Source of the DNA: an uncultured Thermococci archaeon
Lineage (GTDB): Archaea; Methanobacteriota_B; Thermococci; Thermococcales; Thermococcaceae
Length of the DNA stretch: 64,000 bases
Assembly: GCA_964487115.1 (NCBI GenBank)
Contig: CAZAPD010000090.1
Span: forward strand, 7,994 to 71,993
Reading direction: 5' to 3'
Below the pieces are notes generated by a model. That model did no database searches and was not told where the DNA came from. It saw only the letters and a program-made list of their open reading frames with translations. Position 1 is the first letter of the stretch. Each line of letters opens with the position of its first letter. Below, piece after piece: positions 55,272-64,000 of the stretch. Both the position numbers and the translations under genes were made by a program.

Positions 55272-55776
55272 CGTGAACCACCTCCCTCAGGGGTCTCCTC
55301 CTCGGCGGTTTAGGCCAGAACTTTGGATAACCAAAACTTAAGATCAAAACTGGTTCAACAAAATCAGGAATATTCAAAAGCTCTCTGAGAGCTGTTTTGC
55401 TGAAGGACACTACTGGACATGAGCCAATACCAAGGGAATAGGCCATCAACATCATGTTCTGAGCCGCCATTGAAATGTCCATCAAAGCAGTGGTCTGTCC
55501 CAGCTCACCTCCTTTCTCAGCTCTTTTCCTATTGATACAGAGCACTACCAAAGTCTGGGGATTACCAAAAAGCCCCGGGGAGATTAGCTTAATCCTCTCA
55601 ATGTTCTCCTTTTCTGTGACTAAGATGAATTCCCACGGCTGAACGTTGCTTCCACTCGGTGCCCAGACTCCAGCTTCCAGAATTTTTTTCAAATGCTCCA
55701 CGGGGATAGGTTCCTCTCGAAACCTCCTGACAGCCCTACGACCTTTAATCAGCTCAATTAATTCCAAAAATACCAC
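55240..55776 (-). CDS. Nitroreductase family protein
   Basis: 178 aa. RRAVRRFREEPIP and APSGSNVQPWEFILV motifs. Confidence 0.85.
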   Translation of the reverse strand: MVFLELIELIKGRRAVRRFREEPIPVEHLKKILEAGVWAPSGSNVQPWEFILVTEKENIERIKLISPGLFGNPQTLVVLCINRKRAEKGGELGQTTALMDISMAAQNMMLMAYSLGIGSCPVVSFSKTALRELLNIPDFVEPVLILSFGYPKFWPKPPRRRPLREVVHVEEYGKHFEG

Positions 55777-55809
55777 CTCCGCTTTTGATGGGAATATCTG
55801 AATGCCAGC

Positions 55810-56810
55810 TTACTGGGAGATTACTCCTAACTCCACAAGGAGTTCCACAACTTTAAAAGCTACAGGTCCCGGTTCAAGTACAGGGACTCCCGGTTTCTCC
55901 TGTAATTCTTTTCCAATACTAATAAGGTTTCCGCAGCTTAAAATTATAACCTCAACATCATCTTCTCCCGTTGCCTTCTTTGATTCTTCCAAAAGCTCTT
56001 TCCCCATTTTCTTGATATCCATTGTAATCTTCAACACCAGAAATTTAGTCCCCCTTATTGAGGCGAGCTTAACATCGTATGTTTCTCCCTCCAGATTTTT
56101 GTCTCCGACGTCAACTATCGGGAATTTTCTCTCCAACGTTGATGCTACATGAATGCTGGATTCCCTCAAGCCAACGACAGGAATCTTGGGCTTCTCCCTT
56201 GCCGCAAATAATCCCAGATCACTGAAGCAATAGGTTATAACAGCATCATAACCCTTTTTCTCTGCTTTTTCTGCTTCTCTTAACGTTTCAAGTTCTGCCC
56301 AAACAAATTTTATATCAGTTCCTGCGGGAGTTGCAGCTCCAATATGATCCCCTTTTTGTGTTATTTCAGCTATTTTCCCAGGAAATTCAGCGCGTTTCTT
56401 TATTTCCACTTTTCCTATTGTTCTGACCATCGTGTCTGGATTCATGCCTACAAGACATATGTATCCAATATCCCTGTTCTCTTTCATCACCATATCAAAA
56501 ACTGTTAAGTAAAGTATCCACTGATAGTTGAATTCAATCCACACATGCATATTGTTTAATGCTCCACTCAAGGCGTTTTGTGGCAACATTGGATCAGCTA
56601 TCTTCCCAACCCCCCAAGAGTTGCCATCCACATCACTAAAGGTTTTGTTCTAATCCCGAAAACTGCTCTTGCTGTGGCATTCACAGCATCTTCATGAGAT
56701 AAGGTATCAGCAGTAATTCCTACAATCTCTCCCGGCTGGACATCCAAAATATCTCTAACCAACTTTTTGGCAGCCAACTTCAAATTCATAATAACCCCAT
56801 CCCTGTGCAC
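55810..56810 (-). pseudogene. Frameshifted chimeric gene: M29/NicX-like N-terminal half joined to an Asp/Glu/hydantoin-racemase-like C-terminal part
   Basis: ORFs 56598-56810 and 55810-56631 overlap in different frames at a C6 run (56610-56615; G6 on the coding strand). One extra G would fuse them: ...VMWMATLGG/VGKIADPML.... The N part aligns with the N-half of the 58459-59430 protein (ITADT..., ATPAGTDIKF versus TTELGTNLSF). From about 56290 downward the sequence is racemase-like (GYDAVITYCFSDLGLFAAREKPKIPVVGL, ILSCGNL). Confidence 0.55.
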
Positions 56811-56864
56811 TTCTTGTTAGCTCTGGAAAAGGGTTTAGGTAAAAGAAAAAGAATAAGACTGGTG

Positions 56865-58454
56865 TCACTTCTTTCCAAGTTTCAGCGTCGAGGTGAAGAA
56901 GCTAACCAAGGTTGCTCCTGCTATCAATCCTGCACCCAGTATATACAGAACCCTCTTTCCTTCTTCTTTATATACATGCTCTATTATTGCTCTAATGGCA
57001 ATTGCTACTAATACTGTGACTCCTGCGATTGGATATTTTATGAGTAAACCTGTTGCAAACAAGATTCCGATTTGTCTATCAGGCCCACCTATCCACTGAA
57101 CAATAGCCCCGGGTATTGCCCATATGAGTAGATATTTTGCTATCTCTGGTGTGGCTCCAGCTTGTATAGTTGTCACATAGACCCTATCCACCGGTGGAAC
57201 AAGATTCTGAACGAGATAGGTCTTGGCAAAGACAGCCACCATAACAGCAGCAACTATGAGACCAGTAAGTTCAGCAAAGTACTGCTGTTTTCTTCCCTCA
57301 AACTCGAATTTCTTGTCCTTTCCTTCTCCCCTGATAATCCATCCTGTTTTTAGATCATATCCCATATCCGCAAATGCTGGTCCTGTAGCTGCAGTGAATC
57401 CTACCAGCAATCCCAGAGCAGGAGCAGGGAACTTCATCAGCACCCCGAGAATTAGGAAGATCAGTGCTGTTGCAAATGCTGGGAACCATCCGGCATGCAT
57501 TGCCGAGAGACCTACAATCAGTTCCGAAACAATTGCTGCTATTGCCGCAAATATAAACCACCATACGAACATTCCCGCTGACATCCCTGTATATAAGCCT
57601 CCCATAAGAGCTAACAGTAGAGCTATTGCTAAATAAATTGCAAATCCTCTTGTTAATGCAAATTTTATATGTTCCTCACTCCTTGTGAATTCGTACCCCT
57701 CTTCTCCTGACTCTTTCATGGCCTTTGTTTTCTTTGAAATTATGCCAATTATCTGGATTAATGCAACAAGCCCTGCACCTATCATTACTCCATGGGGAAC
57801 ATAGTACTTGTTTATATCTACTCCAAATAGCTTAACAGAATACCCTCTGACTATCAGACCAATCCCAAACATTGTTAATGCCCAGATGTTTCCAATCCAA
57901 GCAACACCGGCAATATCCGCTGGGATTGCAAAGAAATACTTGGCTATTGCACCACCAACAATTCCATATAAAAGATAAAGTGCTCTTTTCCCCTTGCTGG
58001 CAGCAGCGATCAACGTCTCTGCAGTGGCGATTCCCGGAGGCCATGGATTTTTAGCAGGGAAAACTCTCGTATCAAATAACCAGTATATCATAGTCATGTC
58101 TACAAAGGCTGCTGCTGTTGCTCCAATGAACATTGGCCAGAATAAGTCTGGTCTCTTGAGTAACCATGTAACACCAAGAGGTAAGAATATTGCATTGGCA
58201 GCACCAAATGTAGCTCCTGAAATTGCAGTCTGGACAAGATTCTGTCTGTTTAAGTCCAGGAATTCTTTCAGTACATGGTAAGGTATTCTGGCTACAAGAA
58301 TTGCTATCAGAGCGCCAATTATTGATGTGTTTGTAGATATACCCAAGCGCGTGATAAGCTCCAATCCAATAATAGCACCCCACGCAGCTAAGATCAAGTT
58401 TAATATTAAGATTTTCAACTCAAACGCCGAGGGGTGTTTTTTAACTTGCTCCAT
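56865..58454 (-). CDS. OPT-family oligopeptide transporter
   Basis: The ORF track extends to 58502, into the upstream gene. The ATG at 58454 (MEQVKKHP) is preferred. About 16 TM segments; OPT-like N-terminus LNLILAAWGAIIGLELITRLGISTNTSIIGAL. Confidence 0.75.
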   Translation of the reverse strand: MEQVKKHPSAFELKILILNLILAAWGAIIGLELITRLGISTNTSIIGALIAILVARIPYHVLKEFLDLNRQNLVQTAISGATFGAANAIFLPLGVTWLLKRPDLFWPMFIGATAAAFVDMTMIYWLFDTRVFPAKNPWPPGIATAETLIAAASKGKRALYLLYGIVGGAIAKYFFAIPADIAGVAWIGNIWALTMFGIGLIVRGYSVKLFGVDINKYYVPHGVMIGAGLVALIQIIGIISKKTKAMKESGEEGYEFTRSEEHIKFALTRGFAIYLAIALLLALMGGLYTGMSAGMFVWWFIFAAIAAIVSELIVGLSAMHAGWFPAFATALIFLILGVLMKFPAPALGLLVGFTAATGPAFADMGYDLKTGWIIRGEGKDKKFEFEGRKQQYFAELTGLIVAAVMVAVFAKTYLVQNLVPPVDRVYVTTIQAGATPEIAKYLLIWAIPGAIVQWIGGPDRQIGILFATGLLIKYPIAGVTVLVAIAIRAIIEHVYKEEGKRVLYILGAGLIAGATLVSFFTSTLKLGKK

Positions 58455-58458
58455 TATC

Positions 58459-59430
58459 CTACACCACCAGTTTTCCGTCTTTAAATAAATACTTTTCATC
58501 AATCAAAACAGTTGGTTTCTCAACTATCCCATCCAGATGTATCGGTGCTTTTACCCTCCCACCAAAGTCATAATTGCTCCCTAAAGCTATGTGAATAGTT
58601 CCAAAGACTTTTTCATCTTCTAAAATATTCCCGCTTACTCTCGCTTTTGGATTGGTTCCCACCCCAAACTCTGCTATATTTCTTGCTTCCATTCCGTATT
58701 TTGACAATATTCTCTCCAATTTTCTTGCCTCATCACCTCCTTCAATTTTTTCAACAAACCCTTCCTTAATATTGAGCTTAATAGGCTCCCCCAGTACTCC
58801 AATTCCAGCCATAGAACCATCTACAACGACCACACCATTTGCAGTCCCTTCAACAGGAGCAATATAAGCCTCAGCCCCCGGTAAGTTCCCACATTCTCCG
58901 GGATTTTTATACACCCCAGTACTTCTCCTGGCCAACCTGCCTTCTATTGAAAAACTCAAATTCGTGCCGAGTTCTGTTGTTATGTGAACCTCTCTTCCCT
59001 GATCGAGAATATCAGCAATCTTGTGTGTCAAAGCAAGTATTTCATTATAATCAACGCTCATGGTTCGTATGAACATCTCCTCTGTAATGCCGGGGAGCGT
59101 TGCAATTCTCGTTCCTCCCTCACATGCCTCTTTCTTCGCCATTGTATGGGTTATTGATTTCGATGTAGGAGCAACTACAACATCCGCACTTTTCATAGCC
59201 TCGGCAACAGGTTTTGGTGGCTCTTCTCCATGCATTTCTCTTGGAATTATTTCCATGTATACTGCATCTGTTCCGAGCTCCTTCGCTTTGAGCCATAGAT
59301 GATATCCAATATTCCTCTCTGGCTCATCCGCAATTACCACAACGTTTTCTCCTTCTTTAACACCCATACACTGTTTTAAAGCAATTTCACAGGCTTTATA
59401 GAGATCCTCTCTAAAAGTGATGTTCATCAT
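58459..59430 (-). CDS. M29-family aminopeptidase-like protein (AmpS/aminopeptidase T, COG2309-like)
   Basis: 323 aa. GENVVVIADEP, NLPGAEAYIAPVEG, AEFGVGTNP and HIALG motifs. Confidence 0.75.
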   Translation of the reverse strand: MMNITFREDLYKACEIALKQCMGVKEGENVVVIADEPERNIGYHLWLKAKELGTDAVYMEIIPREMHGEEPPKPVAEAMKSADVVVAPTSKSITHTMAKKEACEGGTRIATLPGITEEMFIRTMSVDYNEILALTHKIADILDQGREVHITTELGTNLSFSIEGRLARRSTGVYKNPGECGNLPGAEAYIAPVEGTANGVVVVDGSMAGIGVLGEPIKLNIKEGFVEKIEGGDEARKLERILSKYGMEARNIAEFGVGTNPKARVSGNILEDEKVFGTIHIALGSNYDFGGRVKAPIHLDGIVEKPTVLIDEKYLFKDGKLVV

Positions 59431-60092
59431 AATTCCAACACCTCCACAAGCTCTCCAATGACCCTACCCATCAAAGTTCTCGGAAGTAAAACAGGCTTTT
59501 CTGTGACAGCCCTTACAATAGCCTTCGCTCTCATAGAATAACCTATGCAGTCAAGCACTATTAGATCACAATCTTTTATGCTCTCTGCGGCTCTTCTTAG
59601 GTTTTCTTCATTACCGACGTATGGAGAAACTGCCTCAACTCTGATTTCTTCAATGATACTGCCCCATTTTCTTTTTGTGATCTCTATCTGTTTCTTGTCT
59701 GGGATGATTACACCAAGTTTCCTTACAGGAATAGCCTCCACGGTTTTTAAAAGGAGCAAAGATGGCTCAATCAATAACTTACTCGATTTCAGTTCCGGAA
59801 ATTCTCCAGTGCACAGAACTCCAATGACGTCAACCTCCTTTTCAAGCTTATCAATACATCCTTGAAGCCTTTTCACAATTTTATTTCTGCTGAGTTTCAC
59901 TTGGGTACCATCCCTAAGTCTCGTGACAAGGAGATAGTCCTCCTCCAAAGGAGCCAACTCCTGAATTTCTTTCATGGTAAGACCATCCAAAGCTCCACAT
60001 TCCAGTATCTCCAGATTTCCAAGAAGGGGCTTTATTTCAGGGACAACATCTACCCTTGGAGATTGACCGATAGTCACAAAGCCCACTTTCAT
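59427..60092 (-). CDS. AroM-family protein (Asp/Glu racemase-like fold)
   Basis: 221 aa. MKVGFVTIGQSPRVDV and VLCTGEF motifs. ATGA overlaps on both sides. Confidence 0.7.
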   Translation of the reverse strand: MKVGFVTIGQSPRVDVVPEIKPLLGNLEILECGALDGLTMKEIQELAPLEEDYLLVTRLRDGTQVKLSRNKIVKRLQGCIDKLEKEVDVIGVLCTGEFPELKSSKLLIEPSLLLLKTVEAIPVRKLGVIIPDKKQIEITKRKWGSIIEEIRVEAVSPYVGNEENLRRAAESIKDCDLIVLDCIGYSMRAKAIVRAVTEKPVLLPRTLMGRVIGELVEVLEL

Positions 60093-61027
60093 CTCTTCTG
60101 CCTCCCCAATGTTTGGAGGTGATTCATAGAACCATAGAGCTCTATTAAATGATTAAACTCTTCTTCGTCGTAGAACTTCACTTTACCCGTACCAAATCCC
60201 TTAGCTACTTCAATACAGAATCTTGAGGCCTGCTCAATGTCGATTACATTACTGGCTCCTGTTGCACATCCCGGAACAGGGATTTCTGCTGTTATTGCTA
60301 CTCCCACTACAGGAGCACTTGTTGCAGTCGCAGGTTGAAGAATGCTGTTAATGTGGTAAACCCCATTTCCATAAGGAGTTATGTCCTGCATGGTTATAGG
60401 GAGAACTGCGGGCAGTTTTCCGGTTACATTCTGCATGATATCAAGCAAATCATCGCTGACCTTCAATATCCACCCTTCTTTTACCGTTGGAGTTATTGCA
60501 AACCCCCTGACATTTATTACTCTGTTGCCCTTCGTGGTATCTATTGAAAGGATAGCATCCATTCCCGGATCTACTTCATATTTATTCATGGTAGTCATGT
60601 CAACAGGGGACCCCATGAAGGGAACAGGGTCATGAGGTATGGTTGGGGCATTGGGGCATATGTGTGTTGCTATTATCACATCACCCTCCAGAATATCTCC
60701 AGTTCCCTGCATATCTGCGAGCTTCAGAGCAGCTGCTATCGCTGTTACAGCACCATCCCCATCGGAGACTAATCCAACCATTTCCGGTCTTGCTCCAATC
60801 CCCCCAAGTCTGCCGATTATGCCTAATGTAGGGGCGTTACCCCCACTTAGCTTTCCATTCTTCCCGGGCACTACAATCTTTATGAAATCTGTTGAACCCT
60901 TTTCTCCCTTTATTGTCGTAACCTCTACATGTTCTAATCCACGCTCTTTCAGCACTTCAGCCACTCTAAGGCCATCCACATATGCACTGTCCAAAAGTTC
61001 ATATGCTTCAATAACCTGCTTCATCAT
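60089..61027 (-). CDS. DUF1177-like protein (by recollection)
   Basis: ORF track extends to 61051; the MMKQVIEAYELL start is preferred. The family name is recalled from bacterial OPT/AroM/DUF917 clusters and is not verified. Confidence 0.5.
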   Translation of the reverse strand: MMKQVIEAYELLDSAYVDGLRVAEVLKERGLEHVEVTTIKGEKGSTDFIKIVVPGKNGKLSGGNAPTLGIIGRLGGIGARPEMVGLVSDGDGAVTAIAAALKLADMQGTGDILEGDVIIATHICPNAPTIPHDPVPFMGSPVDMTTMNKYEVDPGMDAILSIDTTKGNRVINVRGFAITPTVKEGWILKVSDDLLDIMQNVTGKLPAVLPITMQDITPYGNGVYHINSILQPATATSAPVVGVAITAEIPVPGCATGASNVIDIEQASRFCIEVAKGFGTGKVKFYDEEEFNHLIELYGSMNHLQTLGRQKR

Positions 61028-62105
61028 TTTGACCACCCACAACCTGCTCAACTGTTTTTAAAACATCGGGATCTTTAACTCCCGCACCAAGAATGAGTTT
61101 TTTCTTAGGAATAACGACCAAAGCTACCTTATTCCCCCTTCTGATCTCGGCAGAAGTCAAAGGAAGCGAATTATCAATGTCTATAGCAACGATTAAATCT
61201 GGAAAAGTGCCATATCTATTTCCGTCTGAATCTTCAAGGCTCATAAATTCATTCCAGAAAATTAGTTCATATCTGGTATCTCTACTTTTTACAATAACCT
61301 TTCCTATATCAAAGCCACCTCTCGTTTCCAGCAGAACCTTCTCCACCTCACCTCTGTCAATTAATTCTCCTCCTCCAAGATGCTCTATAATTTTTTTAAT
61401 CATCTGCTCTGGGTCATTTTTGTGTGCTCGAATTATCCTTCCAACTTCAATAGCCTGAGTAATTCCCCCAACCGCAGCATTTTTCTTAAGATACTCTGGT
61501 GTTACTGGATTTCTTGTAACTGCCACCAACCCTCCTGCTTGAACTGCAGCCTCTCTAATAATTTTGGCTGTCTTCTCCAGAGAACCCTTTGCTATTACCT
61601 CCACATATCTCCCAAGTTCTTTACTTCCTCCTACTGCAGTCTGAATTGAGATATAGTCCGGGATCTTATGCAGGCCAATGGCCCCCATTACACCGGTTGG
61701 GTGAGCCCTTCCATCTGCAGGTGCATCGACAATAGGAATCCCTAAAAGGGCCGATTGTATCCATCCATTTATTGTGGAGTATCCCCCATTCTCTGAGGAT
61801 ATTATCCCACCAAGGGGTAATTGTCCTACATCAATAAAAAGTTCTGTAGAGCGCAGAGCATGGGCAGGTACGAGATATTTTTCTTTTGCGGCTGGAGCCC
61901 CTACCATTGAGGCCGTAACAACAAACTTGTCCTCTGGAATACTACCCACATCTACTATGAGCACCTCTCCAAGCTGAACTGCAAGTTTCGCATGTCTCAA
62001 ACCCAATCTTAAATCGCCACCACCACCCCCACCAAAGAAAGCACCTCCAAGAACTGCAGCCTCAGCAACCTCTTCATCCACCTTAATCACACTCTTAGCC
62101 TTCAT
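61008..62105 (-). CDS. DUF917-family protein (hydantoinase-like / S-Me-THD-like fold)
   Basis: ORF track extends to 62144; the ATG at 62105 (MKAKSVIK), 6 nt after GGAGGG, is preferred. GGAFFGGGGGG glycine loop and SMVGAPA motif. Confidence 0.6.
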   Translation of the reverse strand: MKAKSVIKVDEEVAEAAVLGGAFFGGGGGGDLRLGLRHAKLAVQLGEVLIVDVGSIPEDKFVVTASMVGAPAAKEKYLVPAHALRSTELFIDVGQLPLGGIISSENGGYSTINGWIQSALLGIPIVDAPADGRAHPTGVMGAIGLHKIPDYISIQTAVGGSKELGRYVEVIAKGSLEKTAKIIREAAVQAGGLVAVTRNPVTPEYLKKNAAVGGITQAIEVGRIIRAHKNDPEQMIKKIIEHLGGGELIDRGEVEKVLLETRGGFDIGKVIVKSRDTRYELIFWNEFMSLEDSDGNRYGTFPDLIVAIDIDNSLPLTSAEIRRGNKVALVVIPKKKLILGAGVKDPDVLKTVEQVVGGQNDEAGY

Positions 62106-62754
62106 CCAGAACCCTCCGTCTAAGCGCATATAATGTAACAGCACCAGAGGCTATAACAGGATCCAACACTGGGATTCCAACAGCTTCCTCCAAAACAGGA
62201 GCTATCCTTATTGTTGAGAGCCCAGTACATCCCAAAACGATGACTTCAGCACCCCTTCTCTTTAGTCTTTTTGCAGCTTTTATGACCTCTCTCTTACCCC
62301 ATTCAGTCATTAAATCCAATGTATTCCTGACACCTTCCGGATGATCCTCGGCAATTAAATTCTTTCCAAGAATCCGTTTGATGACCTTTGGGGTTTCTTC
62401 AGTTAAGTTCAAGACACCGATTCCAGTTCCATATGCTAAGGCCAAGGCAGAAACTGCAGACCCAGCACCGATAACTGGGACAGAAACTACCTCCCTGGCT
62501 TCTTCCACGGCAGGATCAGCCGCACAGCTTATTATGATGGCGTTGACACCTTCTTTTTCAAACTCCTTTACTAACTTCAAGATTTTTGGTTTGGCAATTT
62601 CCTCTGTTTTATCATCATATATGCCCTTTGGTTGATCTTCGATGCATCTGGTGACAACCTTTAATTCAGGGAAAGCCCTTTCAATAAGCCTTCCATGCAG
62701 ATTAAGGAGCTTTTCATCCTCCAACGTCAAAACCCTAATCAATCCTATCTTCAT
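62095..62754 (-). CDS. Asp/Glu/hydantoin racemase-family protein
   Basis: 219 aa. GVNAIIISCAADPAVEEAREVVSVPVIGAG and VIVLGCTGLS, the two catalytic-Cys motifs. Confidence 0.75.
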   Translation of the reverse strand: MKIGLIRVLTLEDEKLLNLHGRLIERAFPELKVVTRCIEDQPKGIYDDKTEEIAKPKILKLVKEFEKEGVNAIIISCAADPAVEEAREVVSVPVIGAGSAVSALALAYGTGIGVLNLTEETPKVIKRILGKNLIAEDHPEGVRNTLDLMTEWGKREVIKAAKRLKRRGAEVIVLGCTGLSTIRIAPVLEEAVGIPVLDPVIASGAVTLYALRRRVLDEG

Positions 62755-62918
62755 AATATTGCCTCCAAAGGGTTTTCGATGTATAGTATTTATCCATTAT
62801 TAGACCAAAGTGATCTTTGTAGAATTCCTCTGTTGGACTAATTTTTATTTGAATAATAACCTTTTAGACGAAATTTTTATTAAGTTACAACAACATTGAA
62901 GTTATTAGTGGTGGAGAT

Positions 62919-63398
62919 ATGAGAAAAAGATTATCAAAAAGAGATTGGCAAATTATAAGATTACTTAAAGAAAATGCAAGGATAAGCGATGCGGAAATTG
63001 GAAGACGTATAGGGCTTTCAAAATCTGCTGTGAGATGGAGACGGATAAACCTGCAGAGGAAAGGATATCTCTTTATCTCAGCGTATTTGAGGTTTGATAA
63101 ACTTGGATACAGCTATGCATTTGCTTTAATTAAACTAAAACCAAGTGCCAACAGAACCCAAATTCTCTCATTTAAAAGAAAACTCATGGAGAACAATTAC
63201 ACATTTGAAGTATATGAGATTTGGGGAGATTATGATCTCTTAGTCGGATTCTTTGGAGAGGATCTCTCAAGCCTGAGGAAAGCCATCTCAGAAACCCTGC
63301 AGGAAGAGAGATGCATACACACTTACAAAATAATATTCGGGGTCAAAACTTTAAAGGGGCTTGAAATTCCATTTCATGACATACTCCCAGAGCTCTGA
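62919..63398 (+). CDS. Lrp/AsnC-family transcriptional regulator
   Basis: 159 aa. HTH DWQIIRLLKENARISDAEIGRRIGLSKSAVRWRRINLQRKGY plus a RAM domain. Divergent from the racemase operon. Confidence 0.85.
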   Translation: MRKRLSKRDWQIIRLLKENARISDAEIGRRIGLSKSAVRWRRINLQRKGYLFISAYLRFDKLGYSYAFALIKLKPSANRTQILSFKRKLMENNYTFEVYEIWGDYDLLVGFFGEDLSSLRKAISETLQEERCIHTYKIIFGVKTLKGLEIPFHDILPEL

Positions 63399-63425
63399 TA
63401 GAAAGGAAAAACAAAGAATCCCAGC

Positions 63426-64000
63426 CTATACCATTAAATCCTCAACCAAGCTCTTCAGTTTAGGATGCACATACTCCCCATCCTTTATGATGTATTCTCC
63501 ATCCCCCTTAACTGTAGGGGCAAGACATATACCATCCGTGTGACTCTTTGCAGGGCCGAATTTCCCTTTAAAACTCTCCGCCTGATTGCCTAAACCCCAT
63601 TCGACAGCGCCCCACACCCGTTCGTCCTCAAGTATGTTGCCTGTGAGTTTTGCTCCCGGATTGCAGCCATAGGAGAGATGAGCTATGTTAAACATGTTTG
63701 GATCATTGAAACTTTTCAGCCATCTTTCGAATACCCTCGCTTCCCATCCTCCTTCGATATTAACCACCTTTCCCGCCTCAACTTCAAGAAAAATAGGCTC
63801 TTTAAGTACCCCCAGCTCTTGGGGCGGCCATACAGAACCGTCAAAAACTATAGTCCCGTTGATGCTTTCCTCTATCGGTGCCCAGTCAACCTGACCGAAG
63901 AGCATATAATCTCCGGGTCCATTCACATCCCCTTCGGCAAAGATAGGTCTCTCAGGATCGTTTTCAAACTCAACTTTCATCCCAGCCGGACTTGTAATCT
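63426..64000 (-). CDS. M29/NicX-like protein (5' part beyond the window end)
   Basis: The frame stays open upstream of the listed Met (..ITSPAG-MKVEFEN) to the window edge. C-terminal half motifs NIAHLSYGCNPGA, GNILEDERVWGAVEWGLG and HTDGI. Paralogous to 58459-59430. Confidence 0.7.
   Translation of the reverse strand, partial: ITSPAGMKVEFENDPERPIFAEGDVNGPGDYMLFGQVDWAPIEESINGTIVFDGSVWPPQELGVLKEPIFLEVEAGKVVNIEGGWEARVFERWLKSFNDPNMFNIAHLSYGCNPGAKLTGNILEDERVWGAVEWGLGNQAESFKGKFGPAKSHTDGICLAPTVKGDGEYIIKDGEYVHPKLKSLVEDLMV

Overview
The window reads as a chromosomal segment of a Thermococcales archaeon (Thermococcus/Pyrococcus-like). Supporting content: pyrB-pyrI, the shared-gamma porG-vorDAB-porDAB 2-oxoacid:ferredoxin oxidoreductase operon, TFE, NAC, MGMT, ketopantoate reductase, HflX, a tRNA-Ala with encoded CCA, and GAGGTG-type Shine-Dalgarno sequences with many 1-20 nt gene overlaps. 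About 60 protein genes are supportable and most are ordinary housekeeping or metabolic genes. The stand-out is an ~18.5 kb plus-strand block (about 9.4-27.9 kb) that looks AT-richer than its flanks. It sits between the beta (8897-9400) and alpha (27888-28751) subunit genes of class I fumarate hydratase, both on the minus strand. The block contains: (1) a 56-aa ORF below the ORF-track cut-off that is translationally coupled (ATGA) to (2) a single 13.4 kb ORF encoding a 4465-aa signal-peptide-bearing protein. That protein has 13 tandem CARDB-like units, Ig/FN3-like, CarboxypepD_reg-like and two PKD domains, a Cys-rich/Gly-rich central module and a large internal module duplication. It is followed by (3,4) two tandem paralogous proteins with a winged-HTH, a STAND/NB-ARC-like P-loop NTPase and TPR repeats. 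No integrase or transposase is visible. I regard this four-gene block as the best candidate for an undescribed system: a giant surface structure with dedicated signal-sensing switches. A second region of interest is a tightly overlapping minus-strand operon (55.8-64 kb). It combines an OPT transporter, M29/NicX-like proteins, Asp/Glu/hydantoin-racemase/AroM-like proteins, DUF1177-like and DUF917-like proteins and Lrp regulators. It also contains a chimeric gene broken at a C6/G6 homopolymer. Lower-confidence items are a GC-rich structured intergenic element next to the tRNA, a possible C/D-box sRNA, TATA-overlapping palindromes, and an HTH-ThiN/YjbQ pair. No rRNA, CRISPR array or recognisable mobile element was seen. 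All family assignments come from motif recognition by eye and memory, not from searches.
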